NCBI GenBank assembly: GCA_047602405.1
Contig: JASGHJ010000002.1
Coordinates: 832,001 to 896,000 of the forward strand
Direction: 5' to 3'
DNA from: Anaeromyxobacteraceae bacterium
GTDB lineage: Bacteria > Myxococcota > Myxococcia > Myxococcales > Anaeromyxobacteraceae
DNA length: 64,000 nucleotides
In this document: positions 50,908 through 61,300 of the stretch, piece after piece
Layout: each line of letters begins with the position of its first letter
Position numbering within the stretch: the first letter of the stretch is position 1
Made by a program: the position numbers and the translations under genes
Notes under the pieces: model-generated
The model's database searches: none
The model's input: only the letters and a program-made list of their open reading frames with translations
What the model was told of the DNA's origin: nothing

Positions 50908-52494
50908 ATGAGCCCGACCGAGCGCGCGATCGAGAGCCTGCCCCCGCACCTGCGCCGCTTCGCGGTCGCCCAGGACTACGCCGCGTACACGGCCCGCGAC
51001 CACGCGGTCTGGCGGCACATCCTCCGCCGCCTCACCGCGCTCCTCGAGGGCAAGGCGCACCCGCGCTACCTGGCCGGCCTCGCGGCGACGGGCATCGAGG
51101 TCGAGCGGATCCCGAGCCTCGACGAGATGAACGAGCGGCTCGCGCGGGTGGGCTGGTCGGCGGTGTCGGTGCGCGGCTTCATCCCGCCGGCGGTGTTCAC
51201 CGAGCTCCAGTGCCGGCGCGTGCTCGCCATCGCGGCGGACATCCGCACGCACGAGCACATCGAGTACACGCCGGCGCCCGACATCGTGCACGAGAGCGCG
51301 GGCCACGCGCCCTTCATCGCCGATCCGACCTACGCCGAGTACCTGCAGCGCTGCGGGGAGGTCGGGTGGAAGGCCATCGCCTCCGCCGAGGACCAGGCGG
51401 TCTTCGAGGCGATCCGGAACCTGTCGGTCGTGAAGGAGGACCCGAGCGCGCCCGCCTCCGAGGTGAAGCTCGCGGAGGAGCGGCTGGCCGCGGCGTCGGC
51501 GAGCGTGCGCTACGCCTCCGAGTCCACCCGCGCGAGCCGGCTCTACTGGTGGACGGCCGAGTACGGGCTCGTGGGCGAGCTCTCCGCGCCGCGGATCTAC
51601 GGCGCGGGGCTCCTCTCCTCCATCGGCGAGGCGCGGCACTGCCTCTCCTCCGAGGTCGCGAAGCTGCCGCTCACCGCCGCGTGCGCGGACCAGGTCTACG
51701 ACATCACGCGCATGCAGCCGCAGCTCTTCGTGGCGCGCGACTTCGATCAGCTCTTCGAGGTGCTCGAGGCCTTCGCGGCCACGCTCTCCTGGCGCAGGGG
51801 AGGCGACCACGGGCTCGAGACGGCGCTGCGCGCCTGCACGGTGAACCACCTCGTGCTCTCCGGCGGGCGCGAGCTCACCGGGCGGGTGGTGGAGCGGCTC
51901 ACCGGCCCGCGCGACCTCGCGCCGGGGCTCTCCACGATGCTCGCCCGCCTCGAGGGGCCGGTGCTCGTCTCGAGGGGCGGCGTGGCGCAGGGGAAGCCCT
52001 GGCCCGGCGAGGTGGTGGTGGCCTTCGGCGACGCCCGCCTCCCCGACCGCGGTGCGTTCGAGGTGCGCCTCGCGGGCGGGCTCGTGCTGCGCGGCTTCGC
52101 GGTGGGCGGCGGCGAGGTGGTGCACCTCACGGGCACGCGCGAGGGCCGGGCGGTCGCGCTGCCGTCCTGGGCGCTCCTCTTCGTCTCCGACGGGCTGCCC
52201 TCGGTGGCGGGCGGACCGGCGGATCCCGCGGCGTGGGATCGCTGGTTCGGCGAGCTCGGCAGCTTCACCGAGGGCGAGGGCGAGGCGCGGGCCCGGGCGG
52301 CGAAGGCCGCGGCGCTGCCCGCGGCGCTCGGCGCGCTCTACGCCGAGGTGCGCAGGCTGCGGGAGACCGGCGGGGCCACGCGCGAGCGGCTCCTCGCGAT
52401 CCGCGACGCCGCGCGGCCGTACGGCGAGGACTGGCTGCTGCAGGCGGAGGTGGAGGAGCTGTTGCCCCCGGCCCAGGCCGCGGAGGCCCGCTAG
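50908..52494 (+). CDS. Biopterin-dependent aromatic amino acid hydroxylase (long PhhA type)
   Basis: YTPAPDIVHESAGHAP iron-binding His pair, WWTAEYGL, YGAGLLSSIGE, YDITRMQPQLFV. Confidence 0.88.
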   Translation: MSPTERAIESLPPHLRRFAVAQDYAAYTARDHAVWRHILRRLTALLEGKAHPRYLAGLAATGIEVERIPSLDEMNERLARVGWSAVSVRGFIPPAVFTELQCRRVLAIAADIRTHEHIEYTPAPDIVHESAGHAPFIADPTYAEYLQRCGEVGWKAIASAEDQAVFEAIRNLSVVKEDPSAPASEVKLAEERLAAASASVRYASESTRASRLYWWTAEYGLVGELSAPRIYGAGLLSSIGEARHCLSSEVAKLPLTAACADQVYDITRMQPQLFVARDFDQLFEVLEAFAATLSWRRGGDHGLETALRACTVNHLVLSGGRELTGRVVERLTGPRDLAPGLSTMLARLEGPVLVSRGGVAQGKPWPGEVVVAFGDARLPDRGAFEVRLAGGLVLRGFAVGGGEVVHLTGTREGRAVALPSWALLFVSDGLPSVAGGPADPAAWDRWFGELGSFTEGEGEARARAAKAAALPAALGALYAEVRRLRETGGATRERLLAIRDAARPYGEDWLLQAEVEELLPPAQAAEAR

Positions 52495-52943
52495 TTCGGC
52501 TTCGCCGCCGGCCCGTGGCGGACGGCGTCCGGGTCGCGGCGCGCGGGGTTGCTCCGCGCGAGGAACTCGCCCAGCGGCACGTCGTTCATCCGGGTGTGGT
52601 AACGCAGCCACTCCGGCATGCGCGTGCGGACGATCTCGACGAGGCTCGGGGTGGGGCCGGCGCGCGTGATCTCCTGCTGCACGCCGAGCACGTCGGAGAC
52701 GAGCATGTCGTGCGAGGTCTTGTGGCGGAGCCGCTCCGGGTAGAGCGTCTCGACCATGATCCGCTCCTCCGCGGCGAGGTGGGCCACGAGGGCCTCCCCG
52801 AACCGGTTGAGCGCGACGAGGAGCGCGTCGCCGGGCAGCTCGACCGCGTCCGCGGCCACCTGGAGGAGGCGGAAAAGCCCGCGGTGCTGCGGATCGATCA
52901 GGTCGTGGTTCAGCGTCAGGTCCGGCGTCCACTCCGTCGACAT
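52491..52943 (-). CDS. Bacteriohemerythrin
   Basis: EW...L....IDPQH, HLAAEE..M, YP...H...H, WL..HT..D. Confidence 0.85.
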   Translation of the reverse strand: MSTEWTPDLTLNHDLIDPQHRGLFRLLQVAADAVELPGDALLVALNRFGEALVAHLAAEERIMVETLYPERLRHKTSHDMLVSDVLGVQQEITRAGPTPSLVEIVRTRMPEWLRYHTRMNDVPLGEFLARSNPARRDPDAVRHGPAAKPN

Positions 52944-53111
52944 GTCCGGCTGCCCCCCTGCGATCAACAAACCCGAGTCCGTGTGGAGCGGCAAGTGCTC
53001 CGATCGCCGGACACTCCGCGCCGCGACACGGTCGCGGTGTACCGGTGCGTACGGGCACCGCGGGTGCGGCGGTAGGATGGAGGTCTCGTCGAACGGCAGG
53101 GGGCGTGCGGG

Positions 53112-54675
53112 ATGGAGACGCGGCGCAGCGCAGGGTTCGCCGGGCGAGGCTGGGTCGCGGGGACCGCGGCCTGGCTCGCCGCCGCGGGCGCGCTCGCGTG
53201 GTCGCGCGAGCTCTGGCTCGACGAGGTGACCCAGCTCGCCGGGCTCCGCCTGCCGCCGGGCGCGCTCGTCGCCTGGCTGGCGGGGGCCGGGCTGGACGCC
53301 GGCGCGCCGCCGGATCGCGCCCCGCCGCTGTCCTACCTCGTCGGCCAGGTGTGGGCGCTCGCCTTCGGCGACGGGGTCCACGGGCTGCGGCTCCTCGGCG
53401 TGCTCGCGGTGGCGGCCGGGATCGCCGTCCTCGCCCGCGCCGCGGCCGAGGTGGGCGGGCCTGCGGCGGTGTGGGTGTGCGGCCTCGGGCTCGCGCTGTC
53501 GCCGGGCGCGCTCGTGGCCGGGGTGGAGCTGCGGTCCTATCCGCTCCTCCTCGCGCTCTCGTGCGTGCTCTTCGCGGAGGTGACCCGCGCGCTCGCGCGG
53601 CCGCCCGGCGCGCCGCGGGGCCCGGCGCTCGAGCTCGCGGCCGTCGCGGCGGGCTGGACCCACTTCTTCGGGCTCGTGGCGGCCCTCGCCGCGTTCGTCG
53701 CGCTCCTGCCCGCGGCGTGGTCCGACCGCGCCGCGCGCCGCCGCCTCGCGCTCGGCGCCGCCGCGGTGGCCGCGGCGTGCCTGCCCATCGCGCCGTTCGC
53801 GCTCGCGGCGTTCCGGCTCGGCGCGAACGCGGGGGCGCCGGGGCGCGAGGCGTCGGCGGGCGCGGGCGAGGTCGCCGCGGGGGCCGCGCGGCTCGGCTGG
53901 CGGCTCCTCGGCGGGCACGCCGCCGGCGCGGCGCTCGTCCTGCCCGCCGCGCTCGCCGTCGGCGCGTCGGCCGCGCTCGTGGCGCTCGCGCTCGCCGGCG
54001 CGCGGGGAGAGGCGCGCCGGGCGGCGCGCGGCCTCGCGCTGGGCCTCGGCGCGGGGCTCACCGCCACGCTCGCCGTGCGCCTCGCCGCCCGGTCGTTCGA
54101 CGCGCTCGTCCCCTCCTACGCGGTCTGGGCGCTGCCCCCGGTGGCGCTCCTGACCGGCCTCGCCGCGGCGTCCGCGGGGCGCGCCCGTACCGTGGCGCTC
54201 GCGCTCGGCGCGGCGCTCGTGGCGGGGCAGGGGGCGGCCGCGGCGACGCTGCTCGGCTGGCACGAGGTCTTCGCGTGGGCGCCGTCCGCGCGCCTCGCCG
54301 CGGAGGTCGCCGCGGCGGGTGGGCCGGAGGGCCTCGTCGTCCTGCACGACGGGGACGTCCGGCACGCCGCCTGGCCGCTGCGGGTGCTCGTGCCGCCGGC
54401 GCTCCGGCAGGAGGCCGTCGACGAGAATCCGCGCCCACCCCGAGCGGCTCGCCGGCGCCCCCCGCGTGCTGCTCGTCTCGACCCGCGCGCTCGACGCGGC
54501 CGCGCTCGGCGCCCTCGTCCGCGGCGCGCCGCCGCCGGCGCTCGCGGCCCCAGCGACGCGGGCGTGGCTCGAGGCCCAGGGGTTCCGGGGAGGCGGGGGG
54601 CGCACGCTCCCGGGCTTCCGCGCGTGCGAGGTGGAGCGCTTCGAGCGGGATCCCGCCCTCAGCGCACCACGCTGA
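53112..54675 (+). CDS. GT-C/PMT-like membrane glycosyltransferase (apparent 1-nt insertion at ~54426)
   Basis: LWLDE, PPL.Y, ELRSY, WTHFFG motifs; frame restored by GAATC to GATC. Confidence 0.72.
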
Positions 54676-56122
54676 ACCGCCCGTCGTCGAGCCGCGCGAG
54701 GTGGTCGAGGTCGGGCGGGAGCTCGTCGCCGTGGTGCGAGACGACCACGAGCGTCGTCCCGCGGGCGGCCTCCTCGGCGAAGATCGCGAGCGCGGCCGCG
54801 CGGGTGGCGGCGTCGAGCCCGGCGAGGGGTTCGTCGAGGAGGAGCACCTCCGGCCCGGGCGCGAGCGCGCGCGCGAGGAGCAGCCGCCGCACCTCGCCGT
54901 ACGAGAGCCGCGCGGCGTCGCGGCCCTCGAGCGCGGAGACCCCGAGCCGGGCCATGGCCGCGCGCGCCGCGGCGAGGCGGTCCGGCGGCGGGTCCTCCCC
55001 GAGCCCGATGGCGCCCTCGAAGCCCGACGCCGCGATGCGCTCGGCGAGCCCGCCGTTCCGGTGCCGGGCCTGGAGCTCCGGCGACACGAGGCCCACGCGC
55101 CCGGCGAGCGCGAACCGGTCCGCGTCTGCCCCGAGGTCGAGCCGGAGCGCGGTGCCGGTCGCGGGCTGCTCCTCGCCCGCGAGGAGCCGGAGCAGCGTCG
55201 ACTTCCCCGCGCCGTTGCCGCCCACGACGCCCCAGCGCTCGCCGCGCCGCAGCGTCCAGTCGACGTCGCACAGCACCGGGCGACCCTCGACGAGCACCGT
55301 GACCCGGTCGAGGCGGAAGGCGACGGGCGCCGCGGCCGGGCGCCCCGCTCGCGCCGAGCGTGGGCCGTCCGGTCGTCCCGCGGGTGGCCGGCCGGAGTCG
55401 AAGGACGGGACCGCGATCGGCCGCTCCCTCTTCACCACCCGCCCGCCCTCGAGCCGGATCCGCTCGTGGAATCCGGCGCCAATCTCCTCCTCGCGGTGCG
55501 TCGCCATCGCGACCGCGGTGCCCCCGGCGAGGATGGCGCCCACCGCCTCGAGGAAGGCGCCCCGGGCCGCGGCGTCGAGCCCGTCGGCGGCCTCGTCGAG
55601 GAGGAGCGCCAGCGGGCGCGGCGCGAGCGCGCGCGCGAGGAGCACCCGCCGGCCCTCGCCGCGCGAGAGCTCGAGCACCGACCGGCCGAGGAGGTGCGCC
55701 ACGCCGAGCGCGTCGGCGACCTCGCGCACGCGGGCCGCCTGCGCGGGCGTGGCCGGCGCCTCCGGGTAGATCGCGCCGTCGAACCCCGAGCGGATGACGG
55801 TCTCGACGCCGAGCTCGAGGTCGCGCCGGACGTAGAGGTCCTGCGCCTCCGGCGACACGAGCGCGATCCGCTCGCGTGCGCCGATGGGGCTCCCGGAGGC
55901 CTCGCCGTCGACGTGGAACGTCCGCCCGCCCCGGCTCGCCGGGTGGGGCCACGCGTCGCCGCGCAGCAGGCGGAGCACGGTCGACTTCCCCGAGCCGTTC
56001 GGGCCGGTGAGCGCGAGCCCCTCGCCCCGCCGGAGCGTGAGCGAGACGTCCTCGACGAGCGTGCGGCCGGCGAGCCGGACGTCCACGCGGTCGAGCATGA
56101 CGAGCGGCGGCGCGGGCGTCAC
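54659..56122 (-). CDS. Duplicated-NBD ABC ATPase (ModF-like)
   Basis: Two Walker A motifs (GPNGSGKST, GGNGAGKST), LSRGE/LSYGE signatures, LLLDE twice. Confidence 0.85.
   Translation of the reverse strand: MTPAPPLVMLDRVDVRLAGRTLVEDVSLTLRRGEGLALTGPNGSGKSTVLRLLRGDAWPHPASRGGRTFHVDGEASGSPIGARERIALVSPEAQDLYVRRDLELGVETVIRSGFDGAIYPEAPATPAQAARVREVADALGVAHLLGRSVLELSRGEGRRVLLARALAPRPLALLLDEAADGLDAAARGAFLEAVGAILAGGTAVAMATHREEEIGAGFHERIRLEGGRVVKRERPIAVPSFDSGRPPAGRPDGPRSARAGRPAAAPVAFRLDRVTVLVEGRPVLCDVDWTLRRGERWGVVGGNGAGKSTLLRLLAGEEQPATGTALRLDLGADADRFALAGRVGLVSPELQARHRNGGLAERIAASGFEGAIGLGEDPPPDRLAAARAAMARLGVSALEGRDAARLSYGEVRRLLLARALAPGPEVLLLDEPLAGLDAATRAAALAIFAEEAARGTTLVVVSHHGDELPPDLDHLARLDDGRFSVVR
55345..55406 (+). 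repeat. REP-like element, diverged copy D, in-frame in the ABC ATPase linker
   Basis: CCGCTCGCGCCGAGCGTGG...GGAGTCGAAGGA ends resemble the ends of copies A-C. Confidence 0.45.
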
Positions 56123-57231
56123 GGCGCGGCCCCCGGGCCACCCCGGATGCGCGCCGCGAGGGTGCACGCCTCCCGGTCGCCCGCCGCGCACGCCTCCTCG
56201 AAGCGCAGGAGGCCCTCGAACGGATCCTTCGGGCGGCCGTCGCCCGTGTAGAGCCGGTACCCGAGCATGTGCGCGATCGAGGCCACGTGGCGGCGGACGT
56301 CGGCGCGGAACTCCTCGTCCACGCCCGGCCGCGCGGGCCGGTCGAGCGGCCGGAGCAGCACGAGCGCCTCCTCGAGGCGGCCCTCCTGGGCGCGCGCGAG
56401 CGCCCGGTAGAAGCCGAAGGACTCGCCCTTCATGCCCTGCTGGTCCGCGTCGTCGAGGAGCCGGTTCGCCTCCATGAAGTCGCGGCCCCGGAGCGCCTGG
56501 TAAATCCGGTCTCCGAGCACGAGGGTGTCGTAGCGGGTCGGGCCGGGGCGCGGGCGGAGCGCGAGCGCGAGCGCCACGGCGAGGAGCGCGGCGCCGGGCA
56601 GGGCGGCCCGCCAGCGCGGGGCGGGCGCGAGCCGGACGAGCGCCACCGCGGCGCCCGCCGCGAAGCCGCCGGCGAGCGCGAGCCGGTCGGGTCCGAGCAG
56701 GTCGTTCCAGGCCGCGCCGGCAGGCAGCGCAGCCGGCGCGAGCGCGTCGGCGAGGAGCGCCGCCGCGGCCCAGGCGAGCCGGGGCCGCAGCGTGCGGGCG
56801 AGGGGCCCGGCGCCCGCGGCGTGCAGGACGAGCAGCGCGGCGGCGAGCCCGAGCACGACGCCCCCCGAGCCGGTGGAGACGGCGTCCGCGCCGAGGAGGG
56901 TGGCCGCGCCCGCACCGACGGCGGAGGCCGCCCAGGCGACGGCGAGCCAGGTGGTGCCGAGCGTCGCCTCGAGCAGGCTGCCCACGAGGAGCACGCCGAC
57001 GGCGTCCCCGAGCATGCGGCCCCCGGACGCGTGCAGGAACGGCGCGGTGAGGAGTCGCCAGGCCTGCCCGTCCCAGACGCGCCCGCGCTCGAGGGCCCCC
57101 CACGAGACGAGGGACAGCTCGTCCCCGGCGCCACGGGTCGCCGTCCACCCGTAGGCGGCGGCCATGGCGACCGAGAGCACCAGCGCACCCGTACCGATGG
57201 TGATCCGTGTCGCTGGGACGGGGGGCGGCAT
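56119..57231 (-). CDS. Rhomboid-fold membrane protein with TPR/Sel1-like tail, catalytic dyad apparently absent
   Basis: GQAWRLLTAPFLH rhomboid motif; expected GASG is GSGG and expected AHLGG is ALAGG. Confidence 0.75.
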   Translation of the reverse strand: MPPPVPATRITIGTGALVLSVAMAAAYGWTATRGAGDELSLVSWGALERGRVWDGQAWRLLTAPFLHASGGRMLGDAVGVLLVGSLLEATLGTTWLAVAWAASAVGAGAATLLGADAVSTGSGGVVLGLAAALLVLHAAGAGPLARTLRPRLAWAAAALLADALAPAALPAGAAWNDLLGPDRLALAGGFAAGAAVALVRLAPAPRWRAALPGAALLAVALALALRPRPGPTRYDTLVLGDRIYQALRGRDFMEANRLLDDADQQGMKGESFGFYRALARAQEGRLEEALVLLRPLDRPARPGVDEEFRADVRRHVASIAHMLGYRLYTGDGRPKDPFEGLLRFEEACAAGDREACTLAARIRGGPGAAP

Positions 57232-57295
57232 CCGGGGGGAGTGTACCGGGGCCGTGGGCGGGTGTAACCCGCCGTTTCCGGCTAGGATCCCTGCG

Positions 57296-58219
57296 ATGCC
57301 GGAATTCGTGTTCAACCCCCGCCGCTCGCCCCGCGCGCCAATCCGCTGCGCCACGCAGGTCATCACCGCCCGCGGCACCGTGGACGCGACGACCGAGGAC
57401 GTGGGCATGCGCGGCGTGCAGGTCGTGTCGCCGAGGCAGCTGCACAAGGGCGAGCCGATCCGGCTGATCCTCGAGCACCCCACCGTGAAGCGCGCGCTCG
57501 AGCTCGCGGGCCACGTGAGCTGGGCGACCCCGCACGCGCCCTGGCGCGCCGGCGTCGCGTTCGACGAGCAGGGCCTCGGGGCGGCCCGCCGCTGGTACGA
57601 GCAGCTCGTCGAGGCGAACCCGGGCCTGCCGACGCTCGACCGCGTGCCGGACCGCATCGCGCTCGACGCCTCGGTGTTCCTCGGGGCGCCGCCGCGCTGG
57701 GTCGTCGACTTCACGGTGGACGAGGCGCTCGTGCTCCGCGCGATCGGCAGCGGCGCGACGCTCGAGGACCTGAAGGTGAAGCTGCGCGACCGCTGGGGTG
57801 CCTGCCAGCGCGCGGTGTTCTCGCTGCTCGCGCGCCACCACGTGACGCTGCAGCGCGGGCAGGGCGTGCACCCCGACGCCTGGAAGCGGATCCTCGCCGA
57901 CCTCGAGGCCGAGGCGGCCCTCGGCGAGATCGCGCCGCCCACGCCCACGCCCGCTCCCGTGGCCATCCGCCCCGCGCCCCCGGTCGCGGCCCCGGTCGCG
58001 GCCCCGGCGCCCGTCCCGGCCCCGGCGCCCGCCGCGAAGGGGCGCTCGCCGGACGCCGAGGAGTGCCTGCAGCGCGGCCTCGCCGAGCTCGGCAAGGGCA
58101 ACATCGCGAGCGGCGTCGCCCTGCTCCGGCGCGCCGCGCAGCTGTCGCCCGGCGACGAGGAGATCCTGACGACGCTCTGGAAGGCCTCCTCGACGGCGGC
58201 CTCCTCGCGGCGGGCGTAG
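57296..58219 (+). CDS. PilZ domain protein with Pro/Ala linker and C-terminal TPR
   Basis: RRSPR and DVGMRG PilZ-like motifs, GVAF. Confidence 0.78.
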   Translation: MPEFVFNPRRSPRAPIRCATQVITARGTVDATTEDVGMRGVQVVSPRQLHKGEPIRLILEHPTVKRALELAGHVSWATPHAPWRAGVAFDEQGLGAARRWYEQLVEANPGLPTLDRVPDRIALDASVFLGAPPRWVVDFTVDEALVLRAIGSGATLEDLKVKLRDRWGACQRAVFSLLARHHVTLQRGQGVHPDAWKRILADLEAEAALGEIAPPTPTPAPVAIRPAPPVAAPVAAPAPVPAPAPAAKGRSPDAEECLQRGLAELGKGNIASGVALLRRAAQLSPGDEEILTTLWKASSTAASSRRA

Positions 58220-58301
58220 TCCCAGGAACTTCCGGCGGTTCTTGAACTCGCCTCGCGGCGCTGGTACCACGTCGGGACACCCCGACCGAGGGCCCCCCAC
58301 G

Positions 58302-61300
58302 ATGTTCAGAATCGTCCGCCGCGAGGCGTTCTCCGACACGACCTTCCTGTGGGAGGTGGAGGCGCCCGACGTGGCCGCCTCCGCCGAGCCCGGCCACTTC
58401 GTGATGGTCCGCCTGCACGAGGGCTCGGAGCGCATCCCGCTCACCGTCGCCGACTTCGATCGCGAGCGGGGCACGATCACGATGGTGATCCAGGCCCTCG
58501 GCAAGACGACGAAGGAGATGATGGCCCGCTACGCGGAGGGCGACGCCTTCGACGACTTCGTCGGCCCGCTCGGCCTCCCGCAGCACGTCGGCAAGGTCGG
58601 CCACGTGGTGCTGGTCGGCGGCGGCCTCGGCGTCGCGCCGGTCTACCCCCAGCTGCGCGCGTTCAAGGCGGCCGGCAACCGGACCACCGGCGTCATCGGC
58701 TTCCGCTCGAAGGGGCTCGTCTTCTGGGAGGACCGCTTCCGCGACCACTGCGACGACCTCGTCGTCTGCACCGACGACGGCTCGTACGGCAAGCCCGGCT
58801 TCGTCACGCAGGCGCTGAAGGAGCTCTGCGAGAAGGACCGGCCGGACCTCGTCGTCGCGATCGGTCCCTTGCCGATGATGAACGCCTGCGTCGAGACCAC
58901 CCGCCCGTTCGGCGTGAAGACCATGGTCTCCCTGAACGCGATCATGGTCGACGGCACCGGCATGTGCGGCTCCTGCCGGGTGACGGTGGACGGCAAGGTG
59001 AAGTTCGCCTGCGTCGACGGCCCGGACTTCGACGGCCACCAGGTCGACTTCAAGGAGCTCACCGCCCGCCAGCGCCGGTTCAAGGCCCAGGAGGCCGCGG
59101 CGGGCGAGGACTACGCGCACGTCTGCAACCTCGAGAAGCAGCTCTTCGAGGAGCAGAAGCGCAACTACAAGAAGCTGAAGGAGCTCCAGCCCACCCAGAC
59201 GCACATGCCCGAGCGCGACGCGCTCGAGCGCGCCCGGAACTTCAAGGAGGTCAACCTCGGCTACCGCCTCGAGGAGGCGCTCGTCGAGGCCGAGCGCTGC
59301 ATCCAGTGCGCGAAGCCGACGTGCATCGCGGGCTGCCCGGTCGGCATCGACATCCCGAAGTTCATCCGCCACCTCCTCGTCCGCGACCTCGACGGCGCGC
59401 TCCAGGCCATCCACGGCTCGAACCTGTTCCCGTCCATCTGCGGGCGGGTCTGTCCGCAGGAGAGCCAGTGCGAGGCGCAGTGCATCATCGCGAAGAAGAT
59501 GGAGCCCGTCGCCATCGGCCGCCTCGAGCGGTTCGTGGGCGACCACGCCATCCCGGAGGCGCCCGCCGGGCGCCGGGTGGCCGGCCTCGGCAAGGTCGCG
59601 GTCTGCGGCTCCGGCCCCGCCGGCCTCGCCTGCGCCGCCGACCTCGTTCGGATGGGCGCCGACGTGACCGTGTACGAGGCGCTGCACGTCGTCGGCGGCG
59701 TGCTCCGCTACGGCATCCCCGCCTTCCGCCTCCCGCGCGAGATCATCGACCGCGAGGTCCGCTACCTCGAGTCCCTCGGCGTGAGGTTCGTGACGAACCG
59801 GGTCATCGGGAAGACCTTCACCGTCCCGCAGCTCATGAAGGATCGCGGCTACGACGCCGTGTTCCTCGGCGTGGGCGCGGGCGCGCCGGCCTTCCTCGGC
59901 ATCCCGGGCGAGTTCGCCGGGCAGGTCTACTCGGCGAACGAGTTCCTCACCCGCGTGAACCTGATGGGCGGCGACCGGTTCCCGTACCTCGACACGCCCA
60001 TCGCGCTCGGGAAGAGCGTCGTGGTCGTGGGCGCGGGCAACACCGCCATGGACTGCCTGCGGGTCGCGAAGCGGCTCGGGGTGCCCACCGTGCGGTGCGT
60101 GTACCGCCGCAGCGAGGCCGAGGCGCCCGCGCGCATCGAGGAGCTCCGCCACGCGAAGGAGGAGGGGATCGAGTTCCACTTCCTCCACTCGCCCACCGAG
60201 ATCATCACCGACGAGGGCGGCAACGTGAAGGGCATGAAGGTCGAGCGCATGGTGCTCGGCGAGCCCGACGCGAAGGGGCGCCGCAAGCCCATCGGCACCG
60301 GCGAGCTCGTCGAGCTCGCGTGCGACACGGTCATCGCGGCCCTCGGCACGAAGGCGAACCCGATCGTCGCGGGCTCCACGCCCGGCCTCCAGACCGACCC
60401 CCGCGGCAACATCGCCGCCGACGACGGCGGGCCGGGCGCCACCCAGGCCACGAGCCTCCCCGGCGTCTTCGCGGGCGGCGACATCGTGACCGGCGGCGCG
60501 ACCGTGATCCTCGCCATGGGCGCCGGCCGGAGGGCCGCCCGCGCAATCGGCGCGTATCTGTCTCTGGGCAAGAAGTGGCCGCTCGCCCGCGAGGACGTCG
60601 ACGCGTTCGAGCCGCCCACGCCCGCGCTCGAGCCCGCCGAGGCGCCGGCGCGCTTCGCCGGGGCCACCGCGCAGGCGGGCGCGCTCCAGGCGGCCGTGGG
60701 CGCCTGCCCGCGCTGCCACCAGCCGATCGAGGGCGACGAGTCCTACGTCTGCTGCGCGGGCGCGTCGCTCTCCTGGCGGTGCACCGCCTGCGGGAAGGTC
60801 GACGAGGGCTTCGCGTTCCCGTACGGCCAGTGCCGCGCCTGCGGCGGCAGGCTCGAGACGGTCACCCCGCGGGAGGTCGCCGGGGCCGCGCCGCTCGAGG
60901 CGGTCCGCACCGCGTTCGAGATCGAGCTCGGCGGCATGGCGTTCTACGGGCGCGCCGCCGAGGAGGCGAAGGATCCCGAGCTGAAGGAGCTCTTCGGCCG
61001 GTTCGCCGGCATGGAGCGCGAGCACATGGCGACGCTCTCGCGCCGCTACCACGTGCGCCCGCCGGACCCGTCCGAGGGCTTCCACACCGATCGCGCCGCG
61101 GTCTACGCCGGCATCCCGAGCCACCCCGGGGACCCCGCCAACCTGTTCCGGATCGCGATCGCGTTCGAGCAGCGGGCCGTGGAGTTCTTCGAGGGGAGGG
61201 TGGGGCAGACCGCGGCCGGGTCGCCCGAGCGGCAGCTCTACCTGGAGCTCGCCGCGGAGGAGCGCGAGCACGTCGACCGGCTCGTCACCGAGCTCGAGCG

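Noticed and set aside
11074..54675. Nine genes that look like pseudogenes, or programmed frameshifting
   Set aside because: Both halves keep intact motifs, there are no slippery heptamers, and the breaks cluster at GATC. Sequencing error is the simpler explanation.
60703..60720. CPRCH as a c-type heme site in the Nfn fusion
   Set aside because: The protein has no export signal, so a metal-binding CxxC is more plausible.
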